In this document: positions 19,064 to 27,408 of the stretch, in pieces | Numbering within the stretch: the stretch's first letter is position 1 | Layout of the letters: each line of letters begins with the position of its first letter | Assembly: GCA_963822585.1 (NCBI GenBank) | Contig: CAWGIE010000010.1 | Coordinates: forward strand, 1-64,000 | DNA from: an uncultured bacterium | Lineage (GTDB): Bacteria; Auribacterota; Erginobacteria; Erginobacterales; Erginobacteraceae | Direction of reading: 5' to 3' | DNA length: 64,000 nucleotides | Program-made: the position numbers and the translations under genes | Notes under the pieces: generated by a model | Seen by the model: the letters and a program-made list of their open reading frames with translations, nothing else | Database searches by the model: none | Told to the model about the DNA's origin: nothing

Positions 19064-19785
19064 GACGGTTCTCCCAGAAGTATCCCGGTTGTGTACCGGA
19101 CGGCCCGCGTGTCCTGCCCGGGAAGATCCCAGTCCCGGATCCACCGCACCGGCCGGGGGCCACCGCCGCAGACGGGAAAGACCGCGGCTTCCCGGCAGAG
19201 ACGGTTGACCCAGAAGCCGCAGGCCTCGAGGGCGAAGAGCCTCTTCCCCGGCTGCCGGCACTCCGTCCCCGGGCCGCAGCCCCGGGCGCAGACCCGGCAG
19301 GGACCGCAGGCGTAAGTCGCGATGACTGAAAATCCCTCTTCTCCCAGGGTGGCGGCCGTTTGGGCGATAAAGGGATGGATATCCCCCTGCCGGCCGGAAT
19401 CCTCGCTCCCTTCAAACTGGACGATCAGGAAACTCCGGGCGCCCGCCAGCAGCCGGAGGGTTTCCGATACGGGAGGTGAGTGCGGCGGACAGCCCTTCCA
19501 GTTCAACGTTATCCCGGGGCAGGAGGGGATGGGGCCGTCAACGGTTCGGTAGGGGATGCGGCAGAATTCCCTGATCTCTTCCCCGATCACGGCCCCGGCC
19601 GGGGGCATCATCCCCGCCCGGAGGGTGAATCCTTCCAGATCGGGGGCGTTCTCCCGCCGCCCCCGGAGAATTTTTTCGGCCGTCTTTCGCCGCCGGCGAT
19701 AAAAATCGAGGAACTCCGGCGGGGCCGTTCCATCGGAAACCGGGTCCAGCAACTCGGCTTTCCGGATGTATTGGATCGCATTCAA
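19060..19785 (-). CDS. DUF2284-like Cys-rich metal-binding protein
   Basis: FCR...CPG...GCPP, CGPCRVC...C...C, ALEACG. Confidence 0.65.
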   Translation of the reverse strand: MNAIQYIRKAELLDPVSDGTAPPEFLDFYRRRRKTAEKILRGRRENAPDLEGFTLRAGMMPPAGAVIGEEIREFCRIPYRTVDGPIPSCPGITLNWKGCPPHSPPVSETLRLLAGARSFLIVQFEGSEDSGRQGDIHPFIAQTAATLGEEGFSVIATYACGPCRVCARGCGPGTECRQPGKRLFALEACGFWVNRLCREAAVFPVCGGGPRPVRWIRDWDLPGQDTRAVRYTTGILLGEPS

Positions 19786-19948
19786 AAACTTATCTTCGCA
19801 ACTCTATGCCACCAAGGCACTAAGACACCAAGTATTATCTTCTCGCCCCCACGCTCTGCGTGGTAGCGAAGATATGAAGAACAAACTGATTCCGTTCCCA
19901 CGAAGAGTGTGGGAATAAGAATTTTTATATAGTCGTGCCTATCTTTTG

Positions 19949-20126
19949 AAATTCCGAAACGGGAACTTAGCCCTCGCTTCGCTCGGGCAACTCAATAAAA
20001 CTACGAATTACGCGAATTACACGAATTTTCTTTAAAATATCCCCGCATTGTCGGTTGAATGTTTGCACATTCTTGTTTTTCCGGAGGCAAAATATGATTA
20101 TTGGAATTCCGGAACAGCAAGTTAGC
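19949..20126. repeat. Composite dispersed element K, short (empty-site) copy
   Basis: aligns to the reverse complement of 61697-62008 apart from hairpin inserts; contains actacgaattacgcgaattacacgaatt. Confidence 0.85.
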
Positions 20127-20135
20127 TTCGCAACC

Positions 20136-20185
20136 GTGGGGGGGGCCATCCGGGGCCGATTATCGAGGCTGGAAGCCTCTCCCAC
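20136..20185. repeat. REP doublet (REPIN-like, GTGG ends)
   Basis: gtggggggggccatccggggccgat t atcgaggctggaagcctctcccac. Confidence 0.55.
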
Positions 20186-20225
20186 AGTCATTATTTTAAA
20201 AATACGAAATCAACCTCACAAGGCA

Positions 20226-21338
20226 TTATTTTGATAGTTCGCGCTCTCTCCCCGAGCGCGGTCCGTTCAATTCATCCTCCAACAGGGCGGCCAGCGCGGC
20301 CGCGACCAGATCATTCCCTGTTTTGTTCAGATGATCGTCATATTCCCAGAACATCTCCCGGTAATCCAGATCTTTTTCCTCCAACAGCTTCCTCAGTCCC
20401 GGTCGCAAATCGAGGATCCTGATTTTTTCAAGAATTTCCCGCGACAGGTTTTCGGTCAAGGCGTTCATGCTCACATCCGGGCCTTTTTTAGCCGGGAGGG
20501 GAACGACAGCGAGCCGAACTTTCCTGGCCGCGGTCAACGCGGCCAGGTCGGCGAAGGCGCTGGTCAGGCGGTCCGCCGGGGGGGTTCTCAGGTGCCCGGT
20601 AAAGTATTCGCTGCCCGGATGAACGAAGTTGCTCTTCAGAAGCGGCCGGCCGGTGGCGGTCACGATTGCCCGAAAAAGGAAGAGGTGGTCGAAAAGAAAC
20701 CTCGCCAGCGGTGACGGTTTGTTTCGATCGATGTAGCCGGTAACCCGTTCCCTTTGTTTTTCATTCTGATAGGCAATGACGTATCCGTCATATACTTCCC
20801 GGAAAGTTCTGGCCATCCCGGTATCGAACGTGTCGTTAGCGTGAAAAGCCAGAAGAACGAGATCGGCCTCCCCCGCGGCCAGATAAGAAGAAAGGATGCG
20901 TGTCTGGACGTCGGTCCCGGTTCCGTCCAGGCCGAGGTTGATGATCTCCACCGGGTTTCCCCCCTCCGCAGGCAGCATCTTCTCCAGGATCTGTGTCCAG
21001 GTGTCCGGGACGGGGACATGCAGACAGGCGGTAAACGAGTCTCCCACGGCCACGATCCGGAAGGCGTCGCGGTCTCCCCCGGGATTCCTCTCCCGGTCAT
21101 GGAACCCGGCCGAGTTGATTATTACCGGGTTGTCGATCTCGAAGTTCCTCTCCACCCGGTCCCGGCTGCCGGGGGCGTACGTGTATCCGGTCAGATCATT
21201 TTTGACGTAAATGCCGGGCTGATGGCTGAGGCCGACCAGGCCCGCCGGACCGGCCAGCCGGAGGACGATCTCGCCGATCGCCGCCCCCAGCAGTACGGAG
21301 AAAACGGCCAGCAGCACTGTGGATATTGTTTTGTTCAC
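20226..21338 (-). CDS. SGNH/GDSL-family hydrolase with N-terminal membrane anchor
   Basis: INSAGFHD, VGDSFT, INLG, ND, DDHLN. Confidence 0.8.
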   Translation of the reverse strand: MNKTISTVLLAVFSVLLGAAIGEIVLRLAGPAGLVGLSHQPGIYVKNDLTGYTYAPGSRDRVERNFEIDNPVIINSAGFHDRERNPGGDRDAFRIVAVGDSFTACLHVPVPDTWTQILEKMLPAEGGNPVEIINLGLDGTGTDVQTRILSSYLAAGEADLVLLAFHANDTFDTGMARTFREVYDGYVIAYQNEKQRERVTGYIDRNKPSPLARFLFDHLFLFRAIVTATGRPLLKSNFVHPGSEYFTGHLRTPPADRLTSAFADLAALTAARKVRLAVVPLPAKKGPDVSMNALTENLSREILEKIRILDLRPGLRKLLEEKDLDYREMFWEYDDHLNKTGNDLVAAALAALLEDELNGPRSGRERELSK

Positions 21339-21436
21339 GGCACGGGGGAGGGGGGAACCCGATTATTCCGGACCGGGCTGCCGGCAACCAGCGGCGCCGC
21401 GCGTCCGGTACGTCCTTCCGGCGGGCGAGGGGTAAC

Positions 21437-22009
21437 TCAGCGCACTTTTTTCAGGAGCCAGGCCATGTTTATTCCCAGCAGTTTCATGGTCCGAATTCCT
21501 TCTTCATCTCCGTTCACGTCGCCCTTTTCCAGCCCGACCCCCAGGTTCCAGTAACAGGAGCCGGGGACGATCATCTGGCTGATCAAAAAAAAGTTATTGA
21601 TGGAATCGAAAACACGCAGACTGCCCGCGCGCCGGACGGCTACCACCGCCGCGCCGACCTTTCTTGCGAGCATGTCGTCGTTCGCCTTCGCCACCAGCCC
21701 GGCCCGGTCGATCAGGGCCTTTATCTGGCTGCTGACGTCGGCAAAGTAGGTGGGTGAGCCGAGAATAATCCCGTCGGCCAGGATCATCTTCTCGATGCAT
21801 TTGTTGGCCGCATCGTTCCCCACCGCGCACCGGCGGTCCCGATTCCGGAAGCATTTGAAGCAGGCCCGGCAGCCGGAGATCTTCTTCCCGGCCAGGGGCA
21901 CCAGTTCCGTCTCGATCCCTTCCTTCTCCAGCTCGACGAAAACGCGCTGAATGAGGAGGGAAGTGTTGCCGTCTTTCCGGGGACTGCCGTTGAAAGCGAT
22001 CACTCTCAT
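21437..22009 (-). CDS. Iron-sulfur flavoprotein (flavodoxin-fold FMN reductase family)
   Basis: GSPRKDGNT, CxxCxxC...C, GSPTYF, VRRAG. Confidence 0.9.
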   Translation of the reverse strand: MRVIAFNGSPRKDGNTSLLIQRVFVELEKEGIETELVPLAGKKISGCRACFKCFRNRDRRCAVGNDAANKCIEKMILADGIILGSPTYFADVSSQIKALIDRAGLVAKANDDMLARKVGAAVVAVRRAGSLRVFDSINNFFLISQMIVPGSCYWNLGVGLEKGDVNGDEEGIRTMKLLGINMAWLLKKVR

Positions 22010-22050
22010 TTGGTGTAACTCTCCCGATGTCCCGATGAATGAATACATCT

Positions 22051-22118
22051 ACACGAAGAATAACTGAAAATTTTACTTCTTTTTATGAAATCTTCGTGAC
22101 CTTCGTGTCCTTCGTGGT
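22051..22118. repeat. Family B array with truncated left arm
   Basis: acacgaag ... cttcgtgaccttcgtgtccttcgtggt. Confidence 0.85.
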
Positions 22119-22181
22119 TTTAATTAGTTTTGCTGAGAATGGAACCTTTTTTCGACCAGGGTATAACCATCGACGGGGAGG

Positions 22182-22886
22182 CTACTTTTTCGGATATCCC
22201 ACCGGCTGGGTCAGGATGACGTGCTGATCGGGACGCAGCCCCATTTTTTTGGCCAGGGCGGGTTTGTCCACGTTTCCTAAAACCACCGTGGCCAGTCCTT
22301 CGGAAGCGCAGAACAGGTAGACGTTCTGGCTGATGAACCCGGTATCCGCCGCGGAATAGAAATCTTTCATTTCCCCGTTCGCTTTCCCCATGCGGGTGAA
22401 ATCGGCCACGTAGATCAGGTTCACCGGCGCCTCCCGCGTGAAATCCTGGTTGCCGGTCAGGGCCCGGATATCTTCCCCCAGAACCGGTTTGAGCAGGTTC
22501 GCCGGAGCGTCGTAGAGAAAAAGCCCCTCCTCCAGGGCGACGTAAATATCGACCTCCTGCCAGTTGACGGCGGAGGGGGCGGTGCGCTTTCCCGCCTCCG
22601 GACGGTTCACCCCGAAAGCCGCCCAGAGCAGGTCGGCCAGGATCTGACCGGGGAGTTTGCGGCCGCTGAACTGGCGCGAGGTCCGTCGCTCCTTCAGCGC
22701 TTCCAGCAGGGGCTTGCCTCCTACCATCCGGGGCTGCAGGAGCTGGATCGGTTGGAGTCCCCCTTCGGCGGAAAGAGGGGGAGAGAAAATACAAGCGGAG
22801 GCGGCCAGGATGACCGCGCCGGCGATACATTTTTTTATCATTTCCCGCAGTTTGTTGAGTTTGTTAATTGCGTCGGCGAAGCTCAT
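22182..22886 (-). CDS. Nitroreductase, SagB/ThcOx-like, with probable signal peptide
   Basis: RRTSRQF, LLWAAFG, RTAPSA, DTGFISQNVYL, QPVGYP; start may be a later Met. Confidence 0.85.
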   Translation of the reverse strand: MSFADAINKLNKLREMIKKCIAGAVILAASACIFSPPLSAEGGLQPIQLLQPRMVGGKPLLEALKERRTSRQFSGRKLPGQILADLLWAAFGVNRPEAGKRTAPSAVNWQEVDIYVALEEGLFLYDAPANLLKPVLGEDIRALTGNQDFTREAPVNLIYVADFTRMGKANGEMKDFYSAADTGFISQNVYLFCASEGLATVVLGNVDKPALAKKMGLRPDQHVILTQPVGYPKK

Positions 22887-23665
22887 GAAACACCACCCGG
22901 TTGTTTTCGCTTGATGTAGACGGCCTTCTGCTTGGGGTCGGGGCCTGCCTGGCGATAGGAAACGTCAAAAAGATCGATCGCCCGGATGAGGGAGCTTAAT
23001 TTGGCGTAGCCGTAGTTCCGGGAGTCGAACGAAGGAGACTGATTCGAGATCTGGGAGCCGACACTCCCGAGCCGGGCCCAGCCATCGTCATCAGCCACCG
23101 CGTCCACGGCGTCGGAGAGCAGGGAGATCAGCTTGGCATCCTTCTTGAGGGGGGTCTCGCTTTTCTTCTTCCGCACTCCGGGGGATTTTCTGGCGGGGCT
23201 TTCCTCCCGTTCTTTCTCCCTTCTCAGGATGTCGGTGTAGATGAATTTGTCGCACGCGCTCACGAACGAATCGGGGGTTTTTCTTTCTCCGATACCGTAC
23301 ACCAGCGCCCCTTCTTCCCGGATCCGGGAGGCCAGCCGGGTGAAGTCACTGTCGCTGGAGACGATGCAGAACCCGTCGAACCGTTTCGTGTAGAGCAGGT
23401 CCATGGCGTCGATGATCATCGCGCTGTCGGTCGCGTTCTTGCCGATGGTATGGCGAAACTGCTGGATGGGATGGATGGCGAAACTGGCCAGAACTTTTTT
23501 CCAGCCGCTCAAATTGGTCGAGGTCCAGTCCCCGTAGATGCGCTTGACCGTAGTCACCCCGTATTTGGCCGTCTCCGCCAGCAGGGGTGCGATGATGGCC
23601 GGGGAGGCGTTGTCGGCATCGATCAGCACCGCCAGCCGTTGTTGTTGTCCTGTTCTGGTATCCAT
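22883..23665 (-). CDS. NYN-domain (LabA/DUF88) protein with C-terminal OST-HTH/LOTUS domain
   Basis: LIDADN, KRIYGDW, GKNATD...DAMDLL, VSSDSDF, FDSRNYGYAKLS. Confidence 0.9.
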   Translation of the reverse strand: MDTRTGQQQRLAVLIDADNASPAIIAPLLAETAKYGVTTVKRIYGDWTSTNLSGWKKVLASFAIHPIQQFRHTIGKNATDSAMIIDAMDLLYTKRFDGFCIVSSDSDFTRLASRIREEGALVYGIGERKTPDSFVSACDKFIYTDILRREKEREESPARKSPGVRKKKSETPLKKDAKLISLLSDAVDAVADDDGWARLGSVGSQISNQSPSFDSRNYGYAKLSSLIRAIDLFDVSYRQAGPDPKQKAVYIKRKQPGGVS

Positions 23666-23741
23666 GGAAGGCTCCTTTATTGACAGAGTTTATTATCTCC
23701 TGACTATATTTTTCGGCAGTCGCTCTATTCGTGAGCGAGAG

Positions 23742-23820
23742 GGAGTGCTGGAATAATGGAATGATGGAGTAATGGGGGGCCGGTTTCCATTACTCCACTA
23801 TTCCAATACTCCAGTACTCC
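23742..23820. repeat. Family C inverted 8-mer array
   Basis: ggagtgctggaataatggaatgatggagtaatgg ... ccattactccactattccaatactccagtactcc. Confidence 0.9.
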
Positions 23821-23848
23821 TTTGAGCTAAGTAAAGCGATGCGTTCAT

Positions 23849-24358
23849 CTACCGAGTGCCATCGAAGAAATTTTTCAGCACCGGAGCCATGACGGCGGGG
23901 ACGTTGTCTCCCCAGGCGTTCGCGTCTATTTTTCGGCCGGTCGGCCGTCCCTCGTCGTCCAGTGCGTAGAAAACCGGGATCACCCCGACCGCCATCCCGG
24001 TTCCGGCCAGTCTCTCCTTCCAATCATCGACATTCAGCCAGATCAGGTAGGTGCCGTTGAAGGCCTCTTCCATCAGCGGATCGTCAAGGCTGGCCCGGAG
24101 CTGCCGGCTGGCTCCGCACCAGTCCGCGTAGAATTCTACGAATGGCTTCCGGTTCAGCTTTCCGGCTTTGCGGCACTCCGTCCGCAGTATCCCGGCCAGC
24201 TCCCCGTCCCCCGGCGACAGCTCGACAATGGTGAAATTCTCCGGTGCCGGCAGCCGCTTTTTCCCGCATCCCGGGTGCGTTACCAGCAGAGCGGAGCAAC
24301 AGAGAAGAAGGAGGCTAATCCGGCGGCCACCGCCGGAGGCTTTCGAGTTAACGGTCAT
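23849..24358 (-). CDS. Thioredoxin-fold protein with CxxS site, possible lipoprotein
   Basis: FYADWCGAS, VIPVF; N-terminal hydrophobic stretch ending PGC. Confidence 0.75.
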   Translation of the reverse strand: MTVNSKASGGGRRISLLLLCCSALLVTHPGCGKKRLPAPENFTIVELSPGDGELAGILRTECRKAGKLNRKPFVEFYADWCGASRQLRASLDDPLMEEAFNGTYLIWLNVDDWKERLAGTGMAVGVIPVFYALDDEGRPTGRKIDANAWGDNVPAVMAPVLKNFFDGTR

Positions 24359-24899
24359 GGTCTGGTCGAACCCCCAGAGTTGTCACGAAGATGAATTTAT
24401 GGTTTTCGTGTCCCAGCGCGATCTGATTGCCGTCAGTATCGGTGATGGTGTTCCCGATGTCAATCTTTCCCATCAGGATCAGGGCGTCCCCCTCGTCGGC
24501 CTCCTCAAGTGAATTCAGAACGATCCGGTTCTCGGGAATGACATGGAAAAAGATCAGCGTCCCCCGGGGGCGCGTCCGGGCCCGCCAGAAAAAATTGCCA
24601 CCGCCCTGGGAAGTGATCGCCACCTTCTCCGGATCGCTGAAATCGCCGGTCGCCAGGGCGATGTCGTGAGTTACGAAGGGGAAGAGGCGGTCGTGGTGTC
24701 GCTCCCGGAGCCGGAGTCTCCCTTCCCGGGTGGTGTACTGCGTAAATGCCGACCGGTACTCCTTTCCTCCATAGCGGATAAAGCCGTTCTCCTCGCAGAC
24801 GATGCCTTCCCCGACGATCCGGTCCGGGTCCGGCCCGCAGCCGGAGCAGAGAAGGACCGCCCCCGCCAACGCGTTCAGAAGCGAAGGCCGGCGGCTCAT
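24348..24899 (-). CDS. Hypothetical lipoprotein
   Basis: MSRRPSLLNALAGAVLLCSGC; overlaps both neighbouring genes. Confidence 0.6.
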   Translation of the reverse strand: MSRRPSLLNALAGAVLLCSGCGPDPDRIVGEGIVCEENGFIRYGGKEYRSAFTQYTTREGRLRLRERHHDRLFPFVTHDIALATGDFSDPEKVAITSQGGGNFFWRARTRPRGTLIFFHVIPENRIVLNSLEEADEGDALILMGKIDIGNTITDTDGNQIALGHENHKFIFVTTLGVRPDHDR

Positions 24900-25174
24900 G
24901 ACACGGCGGCGTCCGCCTCCCTTCTCCGGTAGGTTGCGGAAAGGACCAGATCCAGCAATACCATCAGGGCGTTCAGGATGTAGAGGAGGATCACCAGGTT
25001 GCGATCGCCGAAGAGTTCGAAGCAGATCCCGGCGATATAGCCGATAAAGATGATGCCCAGAAAGAAGAGGCTCTTCCCGCGGGACGATTTCGTTTTCCAG
25101 GTCCGATAGATCGACATCGGCCAGGCGCACCCGAAACAGATGAGCATGACTGCCTCGAAGATGTCTGGGTTCAT
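24896..25174 (-). CDS. Small 3-TM membrane protein (PQ-loop/SemiSWEET-like)
   Basis: FEAVMLICFGCAWP, GKSLFFL...IGY, YILN; GGAGGAG SD. Confidence 0.75.
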   Translation of the reverse strand: MNPDIFEAVMLICFGCAWPMSIYRTWKTKSSRGKSLFFLGIIFIGYIAGICFELFGDRNLVILLYILNALMVLLDLVLSATYRRREADAAVS

Positions 25175-25251
25175 GGCGGGCTCCTCCGAAGTTGTTCATG
25201 TTGTTGAAATTGAAAAAGGTGCCGGTAGATACACATATGGCAATATCAATA

Positions 25252-25335
25252 TGGAGTGATGGAGTAGTGGAGTGATGGAGTGATGAAGGACCGGGGGCCG
25301 TCCATTACTCCAGTACTCCACCACTCCAATACTCC
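25252..25335. repeat. Family C inverted 8-mer array
   Basis: tggagtgatggagtagtggagtgatggagtgatg ... cattactccagtactccaccactccaatactcc. Confidence 0.9.
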
Positions 25336-25337
25336 GG

Positions 25338-25925
25338 TCATCTGTCTTCCATCGCCAGGCTCCGTCCGAACTCGGCCGCTTTTTTCATGGCCTCGGCGTC
25401 CTGCGCGATCGCCCCCGGCTCCGCCGGCGCCAGGGGAATGAGCAGCCCCGTATAATGGGCGCCGACGATCTTGGCGGTGGAGAGGAATTGTTCCTCCAGG
25501 ATCTCCAGGTTGCCCGCCAGGGTGCCTCCCCCGGAGGCAAGGAGGGCCAGGGTCTTCCCGGAGAGGGGGCTCTTGATCCCGTCCTCGACGAATTGAACCA
25601 GGCAGAACATCCGGTCGAGGAGTATCTTGATCTGGGCGCTGTAACTCAGCCAGTAAATCGGGGTGGCGAAGACGATGGTGTCGAACTCAGGCAGCTGTCT
25701 GACCACCCGGGCCACCTCGTCTCCGATCACGCACCGGAACTCCTTGGCATTTTTGCACCAGAGGCAGCCGGAGCACCCCGGTACCTTGTGCTCCAGTTTG
25801 ACGGCGTTGATCTCCGAGACCTCCGCCCCGGCTGTCTGGGCGGTCAGCATCGCCCGCTCCATGAGAACCCGGGTGTTGCCCTTCTCCCGGGGACTCCCGA
25901 ATATAAAAACGATCCTCCTGCTCAC
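25338..25925 (-). CDS. Iron-sulfur flavoprotein / flavodoxin family
   Basis: GSPREKGNT, CSGCLWC...C, ATPIYW, KILLDR; GTG start after AGGAGG. Confidence 0.85.
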   Translation of the reverse strand: MSRRIVFIFGSPREKGNTRVLMERAMLTAQTAGAEVSEINAVKLEHKVPGCSGCLWCKNAKEFRCVIGDEVARVVRQLPEFDTIVFATPIYWLSYSAQIKILLDRMFCLVQFVEDGIKSPLSGKTLALLASGGGTLAGNLEILEEQFLSTAKIVGAHYTGLLIPLAPAEPGAIAQDAEAMKKAAEFGRSLAMEDR

Positions 25926-26020
25926 TCTTTTCCTCCTTCCTGATTACTGCCGATTTTGTTTCGGTTTTCTTCCATTTGACATGGGTAAGTCCGTAATAGC
26001 TGATTTTGATTCCTACTGAT

Positions 26021-26113
26021 CACCCCCCTCCCGACCTCCCCCCATCAAGGGGGGAGGAGCATTGGTTCGCCCGGTTCCCCCTCCCTGGATGGGAGGGGGG
26101 CAGGGGGAGGGTG
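26021..26113. repeat. C/G-tract double-hairpin REP-like element
   Basis: cacccccctcccgacctcccccatcaaggggggagg ... cccctccctggatgggaggggggcagggggagggtg. Confidence 0.65.
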
Positions 26114-26286
26114 GTCTCGCTTATAACGTCTTCATGATACTTTTTCTTTGGAGTTATATAATAAGAAAAATGTCATTTCCCCACACAAAATGGTAGAGAA
26201 CCTTTATTTCTCGCGGGAGAGCAGCGATTATATCAGGACTGATTCGAAAATGATCTTTTTTGTCCCCGGTTCGTCCCACAGGGAGA

Positions 26287-26943
26287 TCAGTCAAGGAAAT
26301 AATCCATGACCTCCCGCGGACGGCTGACCGTGTCGGCTGCGCCGTGCTCCCGCAGCTCTTTCTCCGGCCGGAAGCCCCAGAGCGCGCCCAGGGGGAACAT
26401 TCCGGCTCCGACGGCGGTCTCCATGTCGATGCCGCTGTCGCCGAGGAAGACGAACTTCCCGGGCGCGACCCCGGCGTTCCGGGCGATCTCCAGCGCTCCC
26501 GCCGGGTCGGGCTTGACGGGGACCCCTTCCCGTTCTCCCGCCACCAGGCCGAAATGCCGATCGGGGAAATACTCCCGGACACTCAGTTCGGCGAATTCCT
26601 GGGGCTTGTTGGAGAGAATGGCCATCGCGATGCCTCTTTCGGCCAGGGCGTCGAGCAGCTCCGGGATCCCGTCGTAGGGCCGGGTCTTCCGGTTCCAGCT
26701 CTTCCGGTATTCCCGGCGAAACGCTTCCACGCACTCCCGCAGAACCGTCCGGGAGCGCTGGGAGGGCGGGAGCGTTCGATAGACCAGTTCTTCCGCGCCG
26801 CTGCCGACAAAATAACGGTACGCTTTCACGGGATGGGGAGGGAGGCCTTTCCTCTCCAGCACGCGATTCAATGAATCGGCGATATCCTCCAGGGTATCGA
26901 GCAGCGTCCCGTCCAGGTCGAAGATCACGTTTGTGGAGTGCAC
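26287..26943 (-). CDS. HAD-family hydrolase (phosphoglycolate phosphatase-like)
   Basis: FDLDGTLLD, LSNK, KPDP, GDSGID, ALWGFR. Confidence 0.92.
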   Translation of the reverse strand: MHSTNVIFDLDGTLLDTLEDIADSLNRVLERKGLPPHPVKAYRYFVGSGAEELVYRTLPPSQRSRTVLRECVEAFRREYRKSWNRKTRPYDGIPELLDALAERGIAMAILSNKPQEFAELSVREYFPDRHFGLVAGEREGVPVKPDPAGALEIARNAGVAPGKFVFLGDSGIDMETAVGAGMFPLGALWGFRPEKELREHGAADTVSRPREVMDYFLD

Positions 26944-26967
26944 GAGATACGGTCTCGGTATCGGCGT

Positions 26968-27207
26968 TTAGTAGTTGAAGAGATCGCTCACTGAATAATC
27001 GGATTTTGCCGCGCCGTTGAGGGCGTTTCGGATCTTAATCTGTATTTTACCGGTCAGCCGCCTTCCTTTCACGGCCCGGGCGACCATCTTATGCGTGATC
27101 TGCTCCGTGGAAGCGGCCACCAGATCGTGGGGCTTCAGACCGTGCTTCGCCAGTATCCGGGCAAGAGGTTGTTCCCCGAGGTCCCTTTCAGTGCCGGGAG
27201 ACATCAT
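26968..27207 (-). CDS. Small hypothetical protein, possibly helix-turn-helix-like
   Basis: GEQPL...HDLVAASTEQITHKMVARAVKGRRLT...DLFNY; co-oriented with the HAD gene. Confidence 0.7.
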   Translation of the reverse strand: MMSPGTERDLGEQPLARILAKHGLKPHDLVAASTEQITHKMVARAVKGRRLTGKIQIKIRNALNGAAKSDYSVSDLFNY

Positions 27208-27306
27208 CTTTGTCCATTCGCTATCTCTTCGGGAAAAAGGCCGAGGAGCCTGATAATGCTAATTCTGTATGAATTGATCTGAATGATGATGTAAAAATAT
27301 CGTTAT

Positions 27307-27408
27307 GGCGTGAATCGTTGGATGATAAATAGTCCCAATACCATGATCAATCTTATCTCATTTTAAACGGAGGTTATTACCTAAATTAGCGCCGGAGGCG
27401 CTAATTTA
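27307..27408. repeat. Degenerate about 105-bp element ending in the TAGCGCC-NNN-GGCGCTA hairpin
   Basis: similar to 31411-31518 (tgaatcgttggat...ttagcgcc). Confidence 0.6.
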
